Shown here piece after piece: positions 27,864 to 34,956 of a stretch of 64,000 nt of DNA. The notes under the pieces are model-generated. The model saw only the letters and a list, made by a program, of their open reading frames with translations, was not told the origin of the DNA and did not search any database. The position numbers and the translations under genes are program-made. The DNA is from Candidatus Parcubacteria bacterium (lineage in GTDB: Bacteria; Patescibacteriota; Patescibacteriia; Buchananbacterales; SURF-54): positions 12,722-76,721 of the forward strand of contig QZIX01000012.1 in assembly GCA_003599635.1 (NCBI GenBank), given 5' to 3'. Within the stretch, counting starts at the first letter, position 1. Each line of letters starts with the position of its first letter.

Positions 27864-28535
27864 TTATGCGTTAATTCGGTAGCCCAACCCTCTTACGGTT
27901 TCAATTATTTTGGCGTTCCTGTCGCCGATTTTTTTTCGCAGGTTGGTTATATGAACGTCCACGACATTGGCAAAGGAGTCAAAAGCGAAGTCCCAGACGT
28001 TTGAAAGTATCTGTTCGCGATTTACCGCCTGATTGGGATGACGCATCAAGTATTCAAGCAGACTGAATTCCTTTAAGGTCAGTCTGACTTCTTTTGAATT
28101 TCTGAAAACTTTTTTTGCCGTTGTGTCCAAAATTATATCCTGAATCTTCAATTCCGCAGGCAGGGCGGTTTTCGGCCGTCTCAGAACAGCCCTAATTCTT
28201 GCCAAGAGAATATCAAAAGTAAACGGCTTGGCCAGATAATCATCTGCGCCGACATTAAGACCGTTAATAATGTCATTTTGTCCGTCTTTGGCGGTCAGCA
28301 TTATTATAGGAATAAAAATTTTAAGTTCTCTCACTTTTTTACAGACATCAATTCCGCTCAATTTCGGCATCATTATGTCCAAAATTATCAAGTCATAATC
28401 ATCATGATAAAGTTCGATTCTTCTAAAGCCGGCTTCACCGTCAGTTACGTAATCGACTGCAAAACCTTCATCTTCAAGACCGCTTTTAACCAGCTTAGCC
28501 AAATTTTCCTGGTCTTCTACAATCAAAATTCTCAT
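27864..28535 (-). CDS. OmpR/PhoB-family response regulator (receiver + winged-helix DNA-binding domain)
   Basis: MRILIVEDQ..., DLIILDIMMP phospho-acceptor Asp, LTAK, and C-terminal LTLKEFSLLEYLM...VRGLGYRI winged helix. Convergent with the giant kinase gene. Confidence 0.92.
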   Translation of the reverse strand: MRILIVEDQENLAKLVKSGLEDEGFAVDYVTDGEAGFRRIELYHDDYDLIILDIMMPKLSGIDVCKKVRELKIFIPIIMLTAKDGQNDIINGLNVGADDYLAKPFTFDILLARIRAVLRRPKTALPAELKIQDIILDTTAKKVFRNSKEVRLTLKEFSLLEYLMRHPNQAVNREQILSNVWDFAFDSFANVVDVHITNLRKKIGDRNAKIIETVRGLGYRINA

Positions 28536-28572
28536 ACTTTTTGGGTTTTATTTTTAAATTTAGATATTATCC

Positions 28573-28601
28573 AATATTGCAGAAAAAAAATTGATTGTCA
28601 A
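28573..28601 (-). promoter_or_regulatory. Promoter candidate for the response regulator gene
   Basis: On the minus strand: TTGACA (28601-28596), 17-nt spacer, AATATT (28578-28573). About 30 nt upstream of the start at 28535. Confidence 0.35.
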
Positions 28602-28604
28602 GAG

Positions 28605-28627
28605 TAATTTCTTAATAATTTCTTAAT
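28605..28627. promoter_or_regulatory. Tandem 11-bp direct repeat TAATTTCTTAA x2 abutting the -35 of the regulator promoter, candidate autoregulatory site
   Basis: Copies at 28605-28615 and 28616-28626, 3 bp from the minus-strand TTGACA. Core identical to the repeat at 22802-22823. Confidence 0.4.
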
Positions 28628-29229
28628 CTTACTTTTTTTATCCGGTAATTAATTATAACTTAATTTCCCGCAATTAATATTAGACTGCGAATAATATTTT
28701 TATATGAAAAAAAATTCTTTTGCCAGACCGGCGGTAAGAAAATGCGGTTGGCGGCATCATCATACTAACGTAACTGCCGGCAGAAGTTTGTCGGAGAAGT
28801 GGCTTATTTGTTTTGTCAGAAAAAATCAACTTAAATATATTTTTCACCTGCGGAAAAGAGCCAATACTTAATAGATAATTAATAAGCAATAACTATAATA
28901 ACAAAATCATATCCTTTCATTCTTGAAAAAAAGTGATTCATTTTTTTCAAAACTGGGAGGGGATAAATACAAATATGGAGTGGTTTGCTTAGCTGTTCCT
29001 GTTAAAAAATAAACAATTTAATTGTGACATGGGACTGACTGCAAACCACCCCTCTCGTTTATAAATAGCTGAGCCGATTGCCGAATATAATTTGTATTCG
29101 AGAAATAGGGCCTTAGAAATAATCAGTATCAATTCTTAAATTATTATAGATGATACAAAGGTCGAAATTAAGCCGAAAGCTTAATTCATAATAAATTTGT
29201 TTAATAACAATTCTAAGGAGGAAAAAATT

Positions 29230-30393
29230 ATGAAAAAAGTAATTATTTCACTGTTTGCTCTGGCATTTGCTTTTGCTTATTCGCTTTCCCCGGTTATGGC
29301 TTTTGATTGGTCAAACATCGGAGGTTTCAATCTTGTTTTGAACTCAAATACAGCTGTTGTGACCAATGATGTCAGTTCTGAGGCCTACACGGGCAATAAT
29401 GAGGCCGGCGGAAGCCAGGGCGGAGATGGTGGAGATGCGATAGTAACTGACGGAGAAGATGAAGATGATGACTGCGTTTCACCTGGTGAGGAGGATGAAG
29501 AGTGTATTGAGGATTGTCAGGACGAATATGATGAATGCGTGGACGATTGTGTTGAAGAATGCATTGAAGAAGACTGTGACGATCTATGCGATGAGCAGAC
29601 GGAGGAATGCGCAGATAATTGCAATGAATATTGTGAAGATAAATGCGAAATTGAACTCGATAAATGCGAGGAAGAATGTGTCCTGCCCGCCGAAGAAGAG
29701 GAAGATGATGAAGCAACGGCTAATGGCGGTGACGGCGGAGATGCCGGCGTCGGTGGAACGATAATCACCGGTGATGCCACCGCTGAATCAACGGTAATAA
29801 ACGTGGTTAATACCAATCTGACAACAATTCAAGGAAATAACGCCACGACAACTGAAGATGGCGCGGTTTTGCCGGGAGAGGAAGACGATAATGAAGAATG
29901 CGAAGAGGCCTGCCAGGATGATTTCGACGAATGCGTGGACGACTGTGTTGAAGAATGTATTGATGAAGACTGCGACGATCTGTGTCCAGAACAACAGGAT
30001 GACTGCATTGAAAATTGCGAAAATTATTGCGAAAACAGATGCGAAATAGAATTGGATAAATGCCTGGAGGAATGCGATGAAGACGGCGGCGTATCGCCGG
30101 GAGAGGAAACTGTCTGCACAACCTGTCCTGAAATTAATCTGGTTGTCAATTTAAACGAAGCCGTAGTGGCGAATGAAGCGGATTCCCTGGCTGATACCGG
30201 TCAAAATGACGCCTATGGCAGCGAAGGCGGCAACGGCGGCAGCGCACAGGCAGATTCTGATGACGGTACAGCCAACGGCGGTGACGGAGGCAACGGCGGT
30301 GACGGCGGTCTTATTGAGACAGGCGATGCCAGTTCAGCATCAAGAGCGGTAAATATCATCAATACCAATATCACCAGACTGCTTAGACGCTAA
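29230..30393 (+). CDS. Secreted repeat protein A: Asn/Gly-rich module with two inserted acidic 13-Cys ladder repeats
   Basis: Strong RBS AAGGAGG 8 nt upstream of the ATG at 29230 (track start 29197 is a TTG). Signal peptide MKKVIISLFALAFAFAYSLSPVMA. Module motifs NTAVVTNDVSSEAYTGNNEAGG and IITGDATAESTVINVVNTNLT. See findings. Confidence 0.8.
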   Translation: MKKVIISLFALAFAFAYSLSPVMAFDWSNIGGFNLVLNSNTAVVTNDVSSEAYTGNNEAGGSQGGDGGDAIVTDGEDEDDDCVSPGEEDEECIEDCQDEYDECVDDCVEECIEEDCDDLCDEQTEECADNCNEYCEDKCEIELDKCEEECVLPAEEEEDDEATANGGDGGDAGVGGTIITGDATAESTVINVVNTNLTTIQGNNATTTEDGAVLPGEEDDNEECEEACQDDFDECVDDCVEECIDEDCDDLCPEQQDDCIENCENYCENRCEIELDKCLEECDEDGGVSPGEETVCTTCPEINLVVNLNEAVVANEADSLADTGQNDAYGSEGGNGGSAQADSDDGTANGGDGGNGGDGGLIETGDASSASRAVNIINTNITRLLRR

Positions 30394-30401
30394 TTTTAAC
30401 A

Positions 30402-30427
30402 CCTGAAGGGAATTTTTTCCTTTCAGG
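30402..30427 (+). promoter_or_regulatory. Intercistronic stem-loop after gene A (no U-tract)
   Basis: CCTGAAGG ... CCTTTCAGG (8 bp with one bulge), 9 nt after the stop. Confidence 0.4.
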
Positions 30428-30461
30428 CAAATCTTAAAAAATTTAAGCTTTGCCTGAGAGT

Positions 30462-31055
30462 ATGAAACCAAAAATAATTTTAATTTTATTGGCAGTTGTT
30501 TTGCCTGTAAAGGTCAGCGCCTTAAGATTGGATGCGGTCATTTTTAATAACATTGAACAGAACGATAACATGAAAAAAATAATCAATGCGCAAATAAATT
30601 CAGCAAAAATTAAAAATACGATAGAAAGCAGAGTAAATACAGGAAACAAAAACAGTACCACTGATTTAAGTCAGGGCAAATATAAGGCGACGTTGAGAAT
30701 TGAAAATGAAATCAACGGCGTCAAGCAGCCGGAAATAAAAGTTGAACTTGATTCAGATAAGCCGGCACAGTTTGACAAAACTTTTGAAAATGGCCGGACA
30801 AAATCGCAAATAAAAGTTTCTGCCGGCAAGACAACCGCCACATTGAAAGTAAGCAGTACGACGAGGTTAAAGCATGCCGGGGCAACAAAAGACATTAATA
30901 AGACTATTGATGAATTCCTAAAGGACAACATTAAAAATATGAATATAAAAATTCTTTCCAAACCGCAACCGAAGGTTATTAAACGTAGCTATGTCAGGTC
31001 GGCTATGTCTTTCTTTTATAACCTTGTCAGCGACATTACAAGTAATATTATCTAA
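30462..31055 (+). CDS. Secreted protein B: small Lys/Asn-rich protein with one half-module of the A/C repeat
   Basis: ATG at 30462 (MKPKIILILLAVVLPVKVSA signal peptide). INSAKIKNTIESRVNTGNKN matches the NxAxVxNx(5)A/VxTGxN half-module. Confidence 0.65.
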   Translation: MKPKIILILLAVVLPVKVSALRLDAVIFNNIEQNDNMKKIINAQINSAKIKNTIESRVNTGNKNSTTDLSQGKYKATLRIENEINGVKQPEIKVELDSDKPAQFDKTFENGRTKSQIKVSAGKTTATLKVSSTTRLKHAGATKDINKTIDEFLKDNIKNMNIKILSKPQPKVIKRSYVRSAMSFFYNLVSDITSNII

Positions 31056-31063
31056 AAAAATTT

Positions 31064-33601
31064 ATGGCTCAGGAAATTAAGTTCAGAAACAAGGTTTTGT
31101 ACAAAGTATTTTCCCTCATTTTAATTTTTTTCTTATTAAATCCTATAGCACTGGCAACAAGCGGACCGTCAGAAGATGAGCTGGGTGAAAAATCAGGCAC
31201 TTCGGCCACTTCAACTCCGGAAATTACTGATATTGAAAAAAACTCTGATGCTCAAGATGAAATTCCGCCTACACCGTCAATGCCAGAACTCAATGACGAT
31301 CTGACAACGATGACGGAAAGCTTGTCGGGCGAAGTGACTTCGACCAGTACGGAAGTAACTGTTGTCCAAGAAGATGCAATGCAACTCGAGCCGGATCCTG
31401 GACTGGAAAACGAAACAGCTGTCAATGGCTCTGCCGGCAGTTCAACGGATGAAACTTTAATTGATACCGGTGATGCCGAAATTGATATTTATGCCAATAA
31501 TACCGTTAATCTTAATGAAACGGATGCTTTGGATGTGGCTGTTGAAAATCAAAATGATGGCTTGGCTACGACAACCGTTTCGGCCGATGGGCTAAGCGGA
31601 AGCAACGACGCCGAAGGCGGTAGTGGCGCGGCTTCAATTGTAACGGGTGATGTGATTGTCGAAGCCAATATTTCCAATTTTATAAACACTAATGTTTCCG
31701 GAACTGGCGAAATTTTCGCGCTGGATATTTATGAAGAAGCAACCGGGGATCTGGATATCTCGCAAGAAACTACGAATGCGACGCTGGCAATTAGCGGCAG
31801 CGGAGTGATTGACAACTCGACTAAAATAACCAATGACAATTCCGCCGATGTTTTTAATGAAATTGATATAAATGCGGACAGCGGGAACAATACTGCTCAG
31901 GGGGAAGGAAATGTTGACATTATAACCGGCGATGTATCAGTATCGGCTAATATTTCCAACATCATTAATACCAATATAACAGGCGACGGCTGGAAATATT
32001 CGGTTATCAACGTTTTCGGCAAATGGTTCGGTGATTTTGTAGTGCCTTACAGCGAAGGTGAAGGATCCGGTCTAAAGAATAATTACTTAGTCCAGGATCA
32101 AAATGACGCCGAAGTGGAAAATTTAATCAACATTGTAGCTGACAGCGGTAATAACGTTGCCGACGGAGAAGAAAGCGAAATAACAGCCGGTGATTCAAGC
32201 GCAGCAGCAATAATCATAAATGAAATAAATACTAACATTTTTGGTGATGATTGGGATTTGGTAAAGATCAACCTCTTCGGAACCTGGGGAGGGAAAGTAT
32301 TCGGCTTGCCGGAAAACGCGGCATATTATCAGACTGAAAATGAATTGATCATCTATAATACCAAACTTGAAAATGATTTTATCGACAAGGTTACTTCAGG
32401 AACAATTGAAGTGTATAACAACAATGAGGCGAATTTATTAAACAGCGTTACGGTCAATGCCAATTCCGGGGGAAATTTTGCCTCCTCAACAGACGGCTCC
32501 GCTACCGTTATTACCGGCGATGTGGATGTGAATGTCAATGTATTTAACCAGATAAATACCAATCTGACAGGGGACAAATGGAATTACAGCTTAATTAATG
32601 TTTTTGGCAGCTGGCTTGGCAATCTTGAATTCGGCAGACCTGATTTATGGATCGAGGAGGAAATTTTATTAAGCACATTACCGGTTAAATCGGGTGATAG
32701 GGTCACATATAAAATAAAATTTGGCAACAATGGCAACGGGCGGGCAGACGATGTCATCGTTACTGATTTTTATGACTTTGGTCAGTTAAATCTGACTGAC
32801 ACTGCCGGTGCCGTTCAAAAAGAAGATTCATTGCAGTGGAAAATCGGCGAACTTAAACCCGGTGACAGTAAAACTCTGATTGTAATCAAGAATCTGGCGG
32901 AAAATGTTAAAACTAACGATGGAAAAATTACCAACAAACTTACGATTTTTGGCAAACAGGATGACCGCAACCCGCTTGATAATGAATATACCGGCAGTTT
33001 TTCCCTTAGTGGAGCGATAAATTCCCGGACTTCCAAAAGCATAACGTCATATTGGCCCCCGTACCTGTCAATCAATAATTCTCATAATGCCACAACGACT
33101 GTCAGTGTCGGGGAAAAACTGGCTTTCACCATCAAAGTATTAAATAGTGGCGGCTTGTCATCGTATAAGACCGCGGTCGATTCGGTTTTATATGACAGCG
33201 CGGGAAAAGAAATAGCGCAAAGCAAATGGGAGCTTGGTAAAATTCGGCCTCGCGAAGAAGTTTCAATAAATTACGATATGAAAATTTTAAATACGCTTCC
33301 TTCAGGCAAGTACATATCCAAGGCCACTGTCAGGGGTTGGGACGACAATTATGATGAATGGATGGCAAGGGAGTCCCAGACAAGTTTTACGGTAGTTAAT
33401 GAAAGTTTTCAAAAAAATGCAATAGGTGATTCGATAAAAACCCTGCCGGCGACAGTTGTCAAAAAAGAAATGGAAAATAAAAAAATTTCACAGACAGCCA
33501 ATCTTGATAATTCCAGCGCTACGCCCCAGGCAACAAGCACACCGAAAATCAGCAGTCGGAAAAGCAATAATACATTTATTATTAACAAAAGCGATAAATA
33601 A
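31064..33601 (+). CDS. Secreted protein C: four or five copies of the Asn/Gly-rich module followed by DUF11/CARDB-like Ig-fold repeats
   Basis: Signal peptide ending PIALA, then an acidic Ser/Thr linker. Repeats of ..ADSGNNxAxG..I(I/V)TGDxxVxANIxNxINTNxTGDxWxYxxINVFGxWxG. Later SGDRVTYKIKFGNNGNGRADDVIVTD and VGEKLAFTIKVLNSGG are typical of DUF11-type repeats. Confidence 0.85.
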   Translation: MAQEIKFRNKVLYKVFSLILIFFLLNPIALATSGPSEDELGEKSGTSATSTPEITDIEKNSDAQDEIPPTPSMPELNDDLTTMTESLSGEVTSTSTEVTVVQEDAMQLEPDPGLENETAVNGSAGSSTDETLIDTGDAEIDIYANNTVNLNETDALDVAVENQNDGLATTTVSADGLSGSNDAEGGSGAASIVTGDVIVEANISNFINTNVSGTGEIFALDIYEEATGDLDISQETTNATLAISGSGVIDNSTKITNDNSADVFNEIDINADSGNNTAQGEGNVDIITGDVSVSANISNIINTNITGDGWKYSVINVFGKWFGDFVVPYSEGEGSGLKNNYLVQDQNDAEVENLINIVADSGNNVADGEESEITAGDSSAAAIIINEINTNIFGDDWDLVKINLFGTWGGKVFGLPENAAYYQTENELIIYNTKLENDFIDKVTSGTIEVYNNNEANLLNSVTVNANSGGNFASSTDGSATVITGDVDVNVNVFNQINTNLTGDKWNYSLINVFGSWLGNLEFGRPDLWIEEEILLSTLPVKSGDRVTYKIKFGNNGNGRADDVIVTDFYDFGQLNLTDTAGAVQKEDSLQWKIGELKPGDSKTLIVIKNLAENVKTNDGKITNKLTIFGKQDDRNPLDNEYTGSFSLSGAINSRTSKSITSYWPPYLSINNSHNATTTVSVGEKLAFTIKVLNSGGLSSYKTAVDSVLYDSAGKEIAQSKWELGKIRPREEVSINYDMKILNTLPSGKYISKATVRGWDDNYDEWMARESQTSFTVVNESFQKNAIGDSIKTLPATVVKKEMENKKISQTANLDNSSATPQATSTPKISSRKSNNTFIINKSDK

Positions 33602-33633
33602 AAGGTCGAATAATTAAGTTAGCAACTACAATT

Positions 33634-34878
33634 ATGAAAAAAATATTAATATTTAGTGCAGTAATAATTATCAGTCTGGCGTTAGTGCCGATGTTCGCTG
33701 CTTTTGAATCGCATGTAATTAACGTAACCGCAAAAATTGAAAGTGCTTTAGTGGTATCGCCGAAGGAAGTCGATTTCGGTGCAATTTTTCCCCAGGAAAC
33801 TTTTTACGAGGATTACAAGGTTGAATTAAGCAGTGCCTTTATGTCCGAGTCCAGAGTTAACAGCGTAAGTTACGTTATCCGTCAGACGCCGAAGCCGAAA
33901 GACCCTGCCAAGACAATAGGCGGCATGAGTTCCCAGGAATGGTGTCGTCAAAATCATCCCGCAGATGATGGTAATCCGGGTGATCCATATTATGAAAATT
34001 GCTACCCCGTACTTTGCACCTATCTTTCAAAAATCAAAAATCCCGCAGATATCGACTGCAATGACAGGCAACTTCGGGTACCCCATGATATAGACGATGT
34101 CGCTTTGGGCTATTTGACCAAATCCGGCAGCGATATCAGAGACCTCTGGCAGCTTGAACTGACCGTACCTTGTTTTGAAGGCAGCTGTGAAATTGACTTT
34201 GATCCGCATCTTTACGGTGATCCGCTTGATCCAAGAATGCTTGACCGCGTATTCGGCTGTGATCTGTTAATCGAGGTAACCGGTATCGACGAATCTCCTC
34301 CTGCGCCGACAACAACAACCGATATTATAACCAGAACAGGAAGCGGTTTTGGTAAAACTCAATTTTCAGATCAGCAGGCAACCTGGTCCGGCCGGACCAG
34401 GTACGGAGACAATAATGCGGCCACGAGCGAACCCTACGAAGTTGCTGTCGGGACCAATCTGGACGTCTTAAGTTCAAGAAACGGTATCGGCCATTCCTGG
34501 ATAAACGGCAATACCGAGCCTTTCCAGCTTACCTTTACTGACAGCACTAACAAGGCCAGATTAACTGTCGGCGGCAAGGTCTCGGAATTCACGGTTGCCG
34601 AATGTAAAAATTCCATAGCCATCACAGTCAAAGCGCCGAAAGACACTTTAGGTTCATCGGTGGAAGTAAAAAATGTCAGATTCAACGGAGCTAATGTCGG
34701 TCCTTATAACAGTATCAAAGCCGAAGGCACTTCCAGCGGCGAAGACATTAAATATTTATTGCTGCAAAACGTGAACACATCCCAGGATTGGACGCTGACG
34801 GGCGATTTGAATTTTCTGTGGCGATCGCAGACATATCTGCAATTGGAAAGACCGGCAGTTGATTTTGACATTGACTGA
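33634..34878 (+). CDS. Secreted protein D: candidate SipW-dependent (TasA/camelysin-like signal) subunit with an Ig-like N-domain and a Cys-containing middle domain
   Basis: MKKILIFSAVIIISLALVPMFAAFESHVINVTAKIESALVVSPKEVDFGAIFPQE. The signal core is followed directly by AAFES, as in the A-x-F-x-D class. Followed by an intercistronic hairpin. Confidence 0.75.
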   Translation: MKKILIFSAVIIISLALVPMFAAFESHVINVTAKIESALVVSPKEVDFGAIFPQETFYEDYKVELSSAFMSESRVNSVSYVIRQTPKPKDPAKTIGGMSSQEWCRQNHPADDGNPGDPYYENCYPVLCTYLSKIKNPADIDCNDRQLRVPHDIDDVALGYLTKSGSDIRDLWQLELTVPCFEGSCEIDFDPHLYGDPLDPRMLDRVFGCDLLIEVTGIDESPPAPTTTTDIITRTGSGFGKTQFSDQQATWSGRTRYGDNNAATSEPYEVAVGTNLDVLSSRNGIGHSWINGNTEPFQLTFTDSTNKARLTVGGKVSEFTVAECKNSIAITVKAPKDTLGSSVEVKNVRFNGANVGPYNSIKAEGTSSGEDIKYLLLQNVNTSQDWTLTGDLNFLWRSQTYLQLERPAVDFDID

Positions 34879-34909
34879 AAATAAATAGAAACAATTGATT
34901 TTCGAAAAT

Positions 34910-34936
34910 CCTCCTTTTTTGCAATTAAAAAGGAGG
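34910..34936 (+). promoter_or_regulatory. Perfect 10-bp intercistronic stem-loop after gene D; 3' arm is an orphan AAGGAGG
   Basis: CCTCCTTTTT - TGCAATT - AAAAAGGAGG. No downstream U-tract. The GGAGG lies 20 nt from the next ATG, too far to act as its RBS. Confidence 0.55.
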
Positions 34937-34956
34937 TAATCCGGAAATCTAATTAT

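Noticed and set aside
28680-28889. 69-aa minus-strand ORF in the long intergenic region
   Set aside because: No RBS, odd composition and no recognisable motif. The region is better treated as non-coding leader or regulatory DNA (see finding).
29372-30121. Five overlapping ORFs on both strands (29372-29716 -, 29459-29764 +, 29517-29816 -, 29807-30121 -, 29858-30049 +) inside gene A
   Set aside because: They arise because the GA[AT]/GA[CG]/TG[CT]-rich codon repeats of the acidic Cys ladder lack stop codons in other frames. Their translations are low-complexity (poly-Ser/His/Arg). They have no RBS and lie entirely within a gene that has a strong RBS and signal peptide.
34927-34936. AAAAAGGAGG as the ribosome-binding site of gene E
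   Set aside because: It lies 20 nt from the ATG at 34957 with no alternative start codon in between. It also forms a perfect 10-bp stem with the upstream CCTCCTTTTT, so it is interpreted as part of an intercistronic hairpin.
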